A DNA stretch of 11,642 bases. It comes from a candidate division WOR-3 bacterium (lineage in GTDB: Bacteria > Hydrothermota > Tepidihabitantia > Tepidihabitantales > Tepidihabitantaceae). Below, piece after piece: positions 1 through 7,345 of the stretch. Positions within the stretch are counted from its first letter, which is position 1; each line of letters opens with the position of its first letter. Both the position numbers and the translations under genes were made by a program. The notes under the pieces are model-generated. The model was not told where the DNA came from, ran no database searches, and saw nothing but the letters and a program-made list of their open reading frames with translations. The DNA lies in assembly GCA_965649205.1 (NCBI GenBank), contig CBFGJV010000010.1, forward strand, positions 1 to 11,642, given 5' to 3'.

Positions 1-1115
1 TCCCTCGCCTGCCGAGGATGTTCCTGACCCAATAGGCACTGCGCAAGCAGCACATGTGCTTCTGCCGAGTCACGTCTCAATTCCAGTATCCAGCGCGCCA
101 GCCTGGCTCCGTTAGTGAAGGAACGTAAACGGACATAACCGCATGCCATACGCACGTAGCTCTCCGTGAGGATAGCAGCAATATCAACCGCTTTAGCACC
201 TGAAGGGATTCTATCTACCTGCCCCTCAAGGGGATTCCAGTACTCGGTAATCCTGTCGGTCACAGACAGCTCCAAGTACACGCGTTTTTGCCAAATAAAA
301 TGCCTTATTGGCAGGTGTAGCTTGGCAGCAAGTATGGAATCCAGTATCGCCAGACTGAGTTCATCTCCGGTCCTGCTTCTACGCGGCTCCAAATAATTAT
401 CCACCAGCTGCGTTAAAGTGAGGAAACGGCTGTCGTTACTCTCTCCCCTGCCTTGTAGCAGGAAGTCTAGCAGGCTCCAAACCAATCTCTGGCGTTCACT
501 CTGGCCAAGTCGATTAATGCCACCAGTTATTTTCTCAAGCAAGCAGTACGCTGCTGGCCGATTCACAAAAGAATCGAACAGTTGCTGAATCCGACCGCCA
601 TATCTTACCAAATCAGCTAGGGTCCTAACACCAGCAGCCAGCAAAGCACCGTAGCCCAGAGCAACTCCCTGTCCGAATGAACGCTGAATGTAGCGGATAC
701 CGTCCAAATATCTCTCCGCCCTGCTTGTCATATAGAAAGGCTCCAGGAAGGAGCAAGAGAATATCTCCTCGAACACTTGATCCTCGTTGCTGGGCAAAAT
801 ACCCACGGCCCGTTGAAAAAGCCACTCTTCCTTTTCGTCGGACAGACCAAGTTCGCCCGCACGACTCAAAACCAGCAAAGCTTCTGCATGAGCACGATTA
901 ACTTCTAACTGCTGTTCCAATGGATCAAGTCTTTCAAATTGTTCGGCCGTGTAGCGTACAAGAACACCGCCAACCCATCGCAGCTGGGGATTCCAACCTT
1001 TCAGGGTTGCCAAATGCCCGACCGGCAGAACATAAGGATAGTCTCTACCACGCCGCTCCAGTTCCTGGTCCAATCGCCTGACAGCTAGTCCTATGCGTAT
1101 CGGTAGAGACGGCAA
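1..1115 (-). CDS. Transglutaminase-like (SirB1/Transglut_core2-type) domain plus TPR protein; 3' end truncated by the window edge
   Basis: Not in the ORF track. Manual translation shows a stop-free minus-strand frame from the upstream in-frame TGA (1137-1139) to the left edge. Likely start is TTG at 1115, with GGGAG (1125-1129) 9 nt upstream, giving 371 codons in the window. It begins MPSLPIRIGLAVRRLDQELERRGRDYPYV, contains GALLAAGVRTLADLVRYGGRIQQLFD and LTQLVDNYLEPRRSRTGDELSLAILDSILAAKLHLPIRHFIWQKRVYLELSVTDRITEYWNPLEG, and ends in TPR-like ARWILELRRDSAEAHVLLAQCLLGQEHPRQAR. The ORF is secure; the family call is by eye. Confidence 0.8.
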   Translation of the reverse strand, partial: MPSLPIRIGLAVRRLDQELERRGRDYPYVLPVGHLATLKGWNPQLRWVGGVLVRYTAEQFERLDPLEQQLEVNRAHAEALLVLSRAGELGLSDEKEEWLFQRAVGILPSNEDQVFEEIFSCSFLEPFYMTSRAERYLDGIRYIQRSFGQGVALGYGALLAAGVRTLADLVRYGGRIQQLFDSFVNRPAAYCLLEKITGGINRLGQSERQRLVWSLLDFLLQGRGESNDSRFLTLTQLVDNYLEPRRSRTGDELSLAILDSILAAKLHLPIRHFIWQKRVYLELSVTDRITEYWNPLEGQVDRIPSGAKAVDIAAILTESYVRMACGYVRLRSFTNGARLARWILELRRDSAEAHVLLAQCLLGQEHPRQAR

Positions 1116-1184
1116 GGAAATCAGCTCCCGCTTTGTTCAACAGGATCGGCCACCATGAATCCTAAGTAGCCACACACAAACTTA

Positions 1185-1213
1185 ATTATGGGTACGCGGC
1201 CACAGAATGTCAA
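1185..1213 (-). promoter_or_regulatory. Sigma70-type promoter for the transglutaminase-like/TPR gene
   Basis: Minus strand reads TTGACA (1208-1213), 17-nt spacer, CATAAT (1185-1190), in the intergenic gap just after the rimO stop. Confidence 0.75.
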
Positions 1214-1227
1214 CGCAACACTGTCGG

Positions 1228-2517
1228 TTATGGTACGACCGCATACAAATCGTGGGTACCAGCATGGGTAACACGGGCTCGCACAATTGACCCGCTCGCA
1301 ACTGGACGTCCCCCGAGCTTTACGATCCCATCTATTTCTGGCGCATCATAGAGCGTGCGACCAAGCCCGGGACGGTCTACGATTACCGTGATCGTTCTGC
1401 CACGAAAACGACTTAAAAGCGTTCGTGAAATTTGCGTCTGAAGACGCATCAGAGTCCTACGTCGTGATTCACGCACGTGAACAGGCACTTGCCCGGATAA
1501 ACTAGCAGCTTTGGTTCCTGGTTCGGACGAATAAGCAAACACCCCTAAACGCTCAAAACGCGCCTCGCGCACAAACTGAAGCAATTCGAGAAACTCCGTC
1601 TCGGTCTCTCCCGGAAAACCGGTAATGAAGGTAGTGCGCAAATGTATTCCCGGTATCGACCGCAACCGTGCCAGAGTTTGTTCTACTTCCTTCCGGCCGT
1701 AAGGCCTATTCATCCTCCGCAAAACCCTGTCGCTGATATGCTGCAGAGGCATATCCAAGTACCGGCAGAGCTTTTTGTTCTTCTTGAATTCGCAAACAAG
1801 CTCGTCGCTGATACGGGCAGGGTGCGCGTACATTAACCTCAGCCAACGTATTGCTCGTATGCGAGAAAGACGAGAAAGAAGATCCGGCAGAAGCGATCGA
1901 GAAGAGAAGTCAAGACCATAAGCTGTGGTGTCCTGGGCTACGAGTATCAGCTCCTTCACACCGCAACCCGCCAGCCATCTTGCTTCTTCCAGAATCTCAG
2001 CCATCGGACGCGAACGCAAGGGACCCCTCAAGGTGGGAATCAGGCAATAGGAACAATTATTACTGCAGCCCTCGGCAATCTTGAGATAGGCGAAATGACG
2101 GGGAGTAGAAATTAGACGCGGATATGAGAAACATGGAATCCCGTCCCCCTCCAAAAGCGGCCGGCCCGAAGAATCGGGTTCGTACCGTATTGGCAAACTT
2201 GTCATTTCGCTGATTGGCACGAACAAATCAACGCCTGCCAACCTCCTGCGCAGTTTGCTACCGTATCTCTGCACCAAACAGCCGGCAACAACAATCTGCT
2301 GACCAAGCTTTTTCGTTCTAACGAGACGCCTGATTGTGTCTTCTGATTCCTTCACCGCTGAACGAATAAAAGCACAGGTAGTAACGACGATTAGGTCCGC
2401 CTTGCCCGGAGTGGATACCAGCCGCAGACCCCGACGAACAAAACCAGCAGCTAGCACCTCGGAATCAACCAGATTCTTAGGACAACCCAGGGACACTATG
2501 CAGACTGAAGGTCTCAT
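1228..2517 (-). CDS. rimO: Ribosomal protein S12 methylthiotransferase RimO (radical SAM, UPF0004 + TRAM domains)
   Basis: SLGCPKNLVDSE, TCAFI and GCLVQRY (UPF0004 cysteines); YLKIAEGCSNNCSYCLIP (CxxxCxxC); YLDMPLQH; RTTFITGFPGETE; RimO-typical C-terminal GRTLYDAPEIDG. ATG at 2517 (MRPSVCIVSLG) is preferred over the ORF-track TTG at 2541. Confidence 0.93.
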   Translation of the reverse strand: MRPSVCIVSLGCPKNLVDSEVLAAGFVRRGLRLVSTPGKADLIVVTTCAFIRSAVKESEDTIRRLVRTKKLGQQIVVAGCLVQRYGSKLRRRLAGVDLFVPISEMTSLPIRYEPDSSGRPLLEGDGIPCFSYPRLISTPRHFAYLKIAEGCSNNCSYCLIPTLRGPLRSRPMAEILEEARWLAGCGVKELILVAQDTTAYGLDFSSRSLLPDLLSRLSRIRAIRWLRLMYAHPARISDELVCEFKKNKKLCRYLDMPLQHISDRVLRRMNRPYGRKEVEQTLARLRSIPGIHLRTTFITGFPGETETEFLELLQFVREARFERLGVFAYSSEPGTKAASLSGQVPVHVRESRRRTLMRLQTQISRTLLSRFRGRTITVIVDRPGLGRTLYDAPEIDGIVKLGGRPVASGSIVRARVTHAGTHDLYAVVP

Positions 2518-2574
2518 TTGCCGCCCACCGGTTCCGGTCAAAGGCTGTTTTGCCGAATAGTTCCTGCCGAACTA

Positions 2575-2994
2575 CTACACGCTTGCCGTCTCTGTTGGGA
2601 TGGCAACCGATTCCACTACCATCATCTTCCCTGTCGCCTCCGCTAATAGCCTATCTTTACTGTCAAAAAGCTTACTCACGGCGATTATGAGTCGGCCATG
2701 CCTGCTCACGACCCTGCCATACCCATGAATACTGACTCCCACCGGTATCGGTCGGCGATAACGCACCTGTAACTCAGCTGTCACAGTTTGTACATCACCC
2801 GTGTTACAAGCCCAGGCCATAAGCTCGTCCAGTACAGTTGAGGTGATCCCCCCGTGGAGAATGCCATCCCACCCCTGCAAATAAGCTGGAGGCGTAAACT
2901 CCACTTCCACCTGGTCACCACTTCGGCGAATTTGAAGCCGAAGACCGTACGGATTAGAGCTACCACAGGCAAAACAACGACCGGAATCCTTCAC
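2575..2994 (-). CDS. PaaI-family hotdog-fold thioesterase
   Basis: CFACGSSNPYGLRL N-terminal motif; QGWDGILHGGITSTVLDELM; VTAELQVRYRRPIP. The GTG start overlaps the lolA stop (GTGA). Confidence 0.88.
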   Translation of the reverse strand: MKDSGRCFACGSSNPYGLRLQIRRSGDQVEVEFTPPAYLQGWDGILHGGITSTVLDELMAWACNTGDVQTVTAELQVRYRRPIPVGVSIHGYGRVVSRHGRLIIAVSKLFDSKDRLLAEATGKMMVVESVAIPTETASV

Positions 2995-3590
2995 GGAGAC
3001 CCTAAAGTGTCAACCCGTGTGCCACGGGGAGGGCTGAAGCGGAAAAGGTGAGATGGTATCTTGGCGTCCCATTGCTGACGGAACAACTTGAATGCATAAC
3101 GGTTACCCCAACCGTCTGCAAAAGAAAACTGCGCAACCCTAGTCCTAGTTTTATCCAAAGTGAGCGTGAAATCCGAAAACACAGAACCAGAAGTGTCTGA
3201 AACATATAGCCGAGTAAACCCAGCCGAATCCTTGCTTACCTGCACATCAACAGACGGGTCTTGCAGTAAGCGAAAAAAAGCGAGAAACGGAACCGGGGTA
3301 TTGCCGGCCTGACGTAACGCGCGTTTCTCCTCGGGGAAATAAATCCACAGGGTAGAATCGTCACCCACGATGGTCTGTTTGTACGGAAACTTAACTTCGA
3401 TCCGGAAGGAACCAGGCAACCGTACATAGAAGTTGCCGTAGAACCGCTGCTGCGTTGTGTCAAACCCGGGAATCAGTATTTCCTCAAACTCACCGGAAAG
3501 CGTACGAAGTCGGGAGTATCGTTCTCTCAGCTGCCCCCAGGTTTCTCCGGCCGGCGCCATGAACATAACAGCAAGCAGCAAATACATCAT
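2991..3590 (-). CDS. lolA: Outer-membrane lipoprotein carrier protein LolA-family protein
   Basis: TLSGEFEE...GNFYVRLPGSFRIEVKFPYKQTIVGDDSTLWIYFPEEK and C-terminal LFRFSPPRGTRV match the LolA pattern. Starting at ATG 3590 gives a signal-peptide-like MMYLLLAVMFMAPAG. The ORF-track TTG at 3638 lies upstream of the predicted promoter. Confidence 0.82.
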   Translation of the reverse strand: MMYLLLAVMFMAPAGETWGQLRERYSRLRTLSGEFEEILIPGFDTTQQRFYGNFYVRLPGSFRIEVKFPYKQTIVGDDSTLWIYFPEEKRALRQAGNTPVPFLAFFRLLQDPSVDVQVSKDSAGFTRLYVSDTSGSVFSDFTLTLDKTRTRVAQFSFADGWGNRYAFKLFRQQWDAKIPSHLFRFSPPRGTRVDTLGSP

Positions 3591-3598
3591 CTGCGGAT

Positions 3599-3626
3599 AG
3601 CATATTGTCCCTGACAAGATTGTCAA
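3599..3626 (-). promoter_or_regulatory. Sigma70-type promoter for lolA-thioesterase-rimO (probably leaderless)
   Basis: Minus strand TTGACA (3621-3626), 16 nt, TATGCT (3599-3604). The ATG at 3590 is only 8 nt beyond the -10 box. Confidence 0.62.
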
Positions 3627-3656
3627 GGAAACCGACAAAAGCGATGGCGTGTGGAT

Positions 3657-3684
3657 TTGACAACTGCAGACCTTACCTTACAAT
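3657..3684 (+). promoter_or_regulatory. Sigma70-type promoter of the rnf operon
   Basis: TTGACA (3657-3662), 16 nt, TACAAT (3679-3684), 23 nt upstream of the rnfC ATG. Confidence 0.75.
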
Positions 3685-3707
3685 TGCGCCCTTAGTGACA
3701 TTAGAAC

Positions 3708-5024
3708 ATGCTTACATTTCGCGGCGGCGTACACCCACCGGAGCATAAAAGGGCAACCGAGCAAAAGCCTATAGAAAATCTGCCCTTACCGGAGAAGGTG
3801 TTTATCCCGGTTTCTCAACACGTAGGCATACCTTCTCAACCGGTCGTGGCAAAAGGAGCAGAAGTTAAAACCGGAACGGTACTAGCGGAAGCAGGAGGAA
3901 AAATATCGGTACCCATCCATGCTTCCATTTCGGGTAAGGTAACGGATGTAGTTGACTTGGCTCATCCGCTTACCGGAAAACGCGTGCCAACTTATATCAT
4001 TGAATCTGACGGCGAGGACACCCTTGAGGAAAACATCGCTGAACGTAAAACAGACCCTACGCCGCAGGAGATAGTCAAAGCGGTACATTCAGCCGGGATT
4101 GTAGGTTTAGGAGGGGCTGCCTTCCCTACCCATGTCAAGTTATCCCCGCCACCCGAAAAAAATATAGATACTCTCATTTTGAATGGTTGCGAATGCGAGC
4201 CTTTCCTGACCGCAGATCACCGTCTAATGTTAGAACACCCCGCAGAGATCATTGAAGGCGCTGTCTTTATGGCCAAAGCTCTGGGTGTAGCACGGCTGCT
4301 GATAGGCATAGAAGCTAACAAGCCAGACGCCCTGAAACGAATGGCAGAGGCGGCATGCAGTTGTTCTGTACTATCAATACAGGTAATAAAACTGAAGACT
4401 AAATACCCGCAGGGCGCAGAAAAACAGCTCATAAAAGCGTGCACAAGCCGGGAAGTACCTTCGGGAGGTCTGCCTATGGACGTGGGATGTGTAGTACAGA
4501 ACGTAGGGACGGCGCTGGCAGTCAGAGAGGCTGTGCGTTTCAACCGACCGTTATACGAACGAGTGCTCACAGTAACCGGCCCGGGAGTTTCCGAGCCGAA
4601 AAACCTGCGCGTACGTATAGGCACCCCAGTCCAGAGGCTAATTGAGTTTTGCGGTGGCTACAACGGTGCACCCGCGAAAATCATTATGGGCGGTCCGATG
4701 ATGGGAATCGCACTTTTTTCGGACCAAGTACCAGTCATTAAAGGCACCTCGGGCATAGTAGTGCTCAATCAGCAATCTGTGGCAGAACTGCATGACCACG
4801 ATTGTATTCGCTGTGGCCGTTGCATTAAAGCCTGCCCCATGGGACTTGCTCCCCAACGTCTCTATGCTCACCTGCGTGGCAAACGTCTGTCTTCGGCTGA
4901 GAAGGAACACGTTACCGACTGCATAGAATGTGGCTGTTGTGCTTATGTGTGTCCAGCAAAAATTAGACTGGTGCATCACTTTAAGTATGCAAAAAACGAG
5001 ATTGCCGCGAGAAAAAGCAAATGA
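3708..5024 (+). CDS. rnfC: Rnf electron transport complex subunit C (NADH/FMN-binding, two [4Fe-4S])
   Basis: TFRGGVHPPEHK; GIVGLGGAAFPTHVKL; NGCECEPFLTADHRLMLE; YPQGAEKQL; IMGGPMMG; CIRCGRCIKACP and CIECGCCAYVCP. Short 438-aa form without the long C-terminal repeat tail. Confidence 0.97.
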   Translation: MLTFRGGVHPPEHKRATEQKPIENLPLPEKVFIPVSQHVGIPSQPVVAKGAEVKTGTVLAEAGGKISVPIHASISGKVTDVVDLAHPLTGKRVPTYIIESDGEDTLEENIAERKTDPTPQEIVKAVHSAGIVGLGGAAFPTHVKLSPPPEKNIDTLILNGCECEPFLTADHRLMLEHPAEIIEGAVFMAKALGVARLLIGIEANKPDALKRMAEAACSCSVLSIQVIKLKTKYPQGAEKQLIKACTSREVPSGGLPMDVGCVVQNVGTALAVREAVRFNRPLYERVLTVTGPGVSEPKNLRVRIGTPVQRLIEFCGGYNGAPAKIIMGGPMMGIALFSDQVPVIKGTSGIVVLNQQSVAELHDHDCIRCGRCIKACPMGLAPQRLYAHLRGKRLSSAEKEHVTDCIECGCCAYVCPAKIRLVHHFKYAKNEIAARKSK

Positions 5025-6142
5025 ACGAAAAGGAAAGGGATAGCCGCCATTTGGCCATGACGAAACCTTCCCCATCTACTGAGAGCAGAAGCACGCCGAT
5101 AACTTCTAATCTACGGATATCTGCCTCTCCGCATATTCATTCTCGGACAAGTGTACAACGCCTCATGTGGGCAGTAGTTATTTCTCTATTGCCGGCCCTA
5201 GCCGGCTCCGTGTATTTCTTCGGCTTGAGAACTCTCTGGCTTGTAATACTGAGTATAGCCTCGGCTGTGGTATTCGACTCGCTGGCTCAGTTGGCTTTCG
5301 GCAGAAAGATGACCCCTGAAGACGGAAGCGCGGTCATCACCGGCTTGCTCTTGGCGTACAACCTGCCTCCAGGCGCACCGTGGTGGATACCCATAGTCGG
5401 AGCAGCTTTCGCCACAGTCGTTGTCAAACAGTTCTTCGGCGGTCTGGGACACAACTTCATCAATCCGGCCCTCGCCGCCCGCGCCTTTCTGATGGTTTCC
5501 TGGCCTACGCATATGACCTCGATGTGGCTCGCCCCCCGCGGCGGTACGCTGTCTGGACTGGACGCAGTCACCTCCGCTACTCCCCTTGCTTTGGTACGTA
5601 GAGTATCAGACTTCATTCCTCCGGGCCTGCCACCCACTGACTCCATAGCCGCCGTCCAATCTCTGATATCCCAGGCTAACTCCTGGTCAGAACTTAAGAA
5701 GCTAATCATGGGTAATGTCGGCGGCTGTATAGGCGAGACTTCTGCCTTACTCCTGCTTTTAGGAGCATTGTTCTTGCTTATTCTACGGGTCATCGACTGG
5801 CGTATTCCTGCTGCCTACATTGGCACCGTGATATTTCTGGCGCTTGTTCTTCCCGGCAACCGGTTTGCTCCCTGGTTCCACGTTTTCTCGGGAGGACTTA
5901 TTCTAGGGGCCTTCTTCATGGCTACCGATTACGTTACCTCGCCGATTACAGCCAAAGGACGCTTCATCTTTGGCATAGGCTGTGGTGTTATTACTATGCT
6001 GATCCGTCTATACGGTGGTTACCCGGAAGGGTGCTCTTATTCAATCTTGCTGATGAACGTTGCCACACCCCTCATAGACCGGCTCTGTCGGCCCCGTCTC
6101 TTTGGCGCCGGTCGCGACCACAGAAAGAAAGCATCCGCATGA
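5021..6142 (+). CDS. rnfD: Rnf electron transport complex subunit D (membrane, covalent FMN)
   Basis: SASPHIH...MWAV; DGSAVITGLLLA; KQFFGGLGHNFINPALAARAFL; DAVTSATPL flavinylation site; GCIGETS; AFFMATDYVTSP; GGYPEG. ATGA overlap with rnfC. Confidence 0.96.
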   Translation: MNEKERDSRHLAMTKPSPSTESRSTPITSNLRISASPHIHSRTSVQRLMWAVVISLLPALAGSVYFFGLRTLWLVILSIASAVVFDSLAQLAFGRKMTPEDGSAVITGLLLAYNLPPGAPWWIPIVGAAFATVVVKQFFGGLGHNFINPALAARAFLMVSWPTHMTSMWLAPRGGTLSGLDAVTSATPLALVRRVSDFIPPGLPPTDSIAAVQSLISQANSWSELKKLIMGNVGGCIGETSALLLLLGALFLLILRVIDWRIPAAYIGTVIFLALVLPGNRFAPWFHVFSGGLILGAFFMATDYVTSPITAKGRFIFGIGCGVITMLIRLYGGYPEGCSYSILLMNVATPLIDRLCRPRLFGAGRDHRKKASA

Positions 6143-6708
6143 GAAATCCCATTTGGACCGTGTCCTCGTTGGCAATCACCTGCGCCATCGCCGCCCTAAC
6201 GTTAGCTGAGGTGTATATGATTACCCGGCCCAAAATAGAGCAGCACCAGGAAGAGACACTGCGAACCGCACTCAGTCAGGTTATGCCATCCGCAAGCCAT
6301 TTTGAAGAGCTCGAAGCGGGTACTGTATGGAAAGCAATCAACGGCGAAGGGCAAGTACTCGGTATTGTTTTCAGAGTTGCTCCTCAGGGTTACGGCGGAA
6401 CCATTCCGCTCGTAGTCGGAATAGACACCACAGCCGCGATAACGGGCGTGGGTGTAGGTAGTGACTTAAAAGAAACCCCCGGATTAGGGTTGAAGATACG
6501 CGAAGACTGGTTCTTGTCGCAATTTCGCGGCAAAATCGCGTCCCAGGTGGCTCTCAAACACGACGGTGGTACGCTGGATGGCATTTCAGCTGCTACCATC
6601 ACTTCCCGCGCAGTCTGCAAGGGAATTAGAGAGGGCATCGAGCAATACTCGCATTACCTGTCTGCACCTCCTTCCGTACAATCTGACTCCTCAGGAATTG
6701 AGCCATGA
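6139..6708 (+). CDS. rnfG: Rnf electron transport complex subunit G (FMN-binding)
   Basis: N-terminal TM anchor; PQGYGGTI; KETPGLG; DGISAATITSRAV flavinylation motif. The ATG at 6139 overlaps the rnfD stop (ATGA), so the ORF-track start at 6031 is over-extended. Confidence 0.94.
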   Translation: MRNPIWTVSSLAITCAIAALTLAEVYMITRPKIEQHQEETLRTALSQVMPSASHFEELEAGTVWKAINGEGQVLGIVFRVAPQGYGGTIPLVVGIDTTAAITGVGVGSDLKETPGLGLKIREDWFLSQFRGKIASQVALKHDGGTLDGISAATITSRAVCKGIREGIEQYSHYLSAPPSVQSDSSGIEP

Positions 6709-7310
6709 AAAAAACATCTCGCTGGCGTTTCTTCACCGACGGCATATTTAAGGAAAATCCGGTGCTTGTCCTGATGATCGGGCTGTGTCCGACGCTTGCA
6801 ACTAGTGTTTCCGCGCGCGACGCTCTCGGCATGGCCGTGGCAGTAACATTTGTACTGGTAGGGTCAAATGTCGTAGTATCACTCATCCGCCGTTTCGTAC
6901 CCGAATCAGTACGCATTCCCATATTCATCATCATCATTTCGACTTTTGTTACTATCATCGATTATCTCCTCCAGGCGTACCAGCCCGCCTTATATCGTGT
7001 ACTAGGCGTTTTCGTACCCTTGATAGTAGTCAATTGCATAATTCTGGGCCGAGCCGAGGCGTTCGCCTACACTCACGGCGTATTCGATTCCCTCCTCGAT
7101 GCTCTCGGCAAATCGGCCGGTTACGCTCTCGTCATGCTCATTATGGGCAGTTTGCGCGAGATTTTCTCTGCCGGAACCTGGTTCGGATACCCGATAACGC
7201 CTGCCGCTTTTCGTTCTGCCCCGGTTCTGTTCGCCATATTTCCCCCGGGTGCCTTTCTTCTCATCGGTTTACTGAAGGCAGCCATGACAAAGTTGAAGCT
7301 AGATAGATAA
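6705..7310 (+). CDS. rnfE: Rnf electron transport complex subunit E
   Basis: ENPVLVLMIGLCPTLA; VRIPIFIIIISTFVT; VPLIVVNCIILGRAEAFA; GSLREI; PPGAFL. ATGA overlap with rnfG. Confidence 0.96.
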   Translation: MKKTSRWRFFTDGIFKENPVLVLMIGLCPTLATSVSARDALGMAVAVTFVLVGSNVVVSLIRRFVPESVRIPIFIIIISTFVTIIDYLLQAYQPALYRVLGVFVPLIVVNCIILGRAEAFAYTHGVFDSLLDALGKSAGYALVMLIMGSLREIFSAGTWFGYPITPAAFRSAPVLFAIFPPGAFLLIGLLKAAMTKLKLDR

Positions 7311-7312
7311 CA

Positions 7313-7345
7313 ATGACAGAGCTGACAGAAAGCAATCAAACATGA
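7313..7345 (+). other. 10-codon mini-ORF (MTELTESNQT*) spanning the rnfE-rnfA gap
   Basis: The ATG at 7313 begins 2 nt after the rnfE TAA, and its TGA (7343-7345) overlaps the rnfA ATG (7342-7344) as ATGA. Translation is not demonstrated. Confidence 0.35.

Noticed and set aside
166..901. Short ORFs 166-396 (+), 625-825 (-) and 677-901 (+), and the idea that 1-1200 is non-coding, a pseudogene or stop-recoded
   Set aside because: The region is fully explained by one uninterrupted minus-strand ORF (1-1115) that lacks a stop inside the window. The short ORFs are shadows, and no readthrough is needed.
2518..2574. TTCGGCA direct repeat and a TTGACC on the minus strand upstream of rimO
   Set aside because: Only two 7-nt copies, and no -10 box at a usable distance from TTGACC.
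1642..3463. Small alternative-frame and antisense ORFs over rimO, the thioesterase and lolA
   Set aside because: They overlap well-supported genes and show no recognisable motifs.
6031..6138. Extended RnfG N-terminus in the ORF track (similarly RnfB from 7859, LolA from 3638 and RimO from 2541)
   Set aside because: The extensions overlap upstream genes or promoters, or add non-conserved residues. Downstream ATGs give canonical N-termini and tight junctions.
6920..6940. ATC/TCA trinucleotide run in rnfE as a possible phase-variable repeat
   Set aside because: It encodes the Ile-rich TM segment FIIIIS; it is short and in frame.
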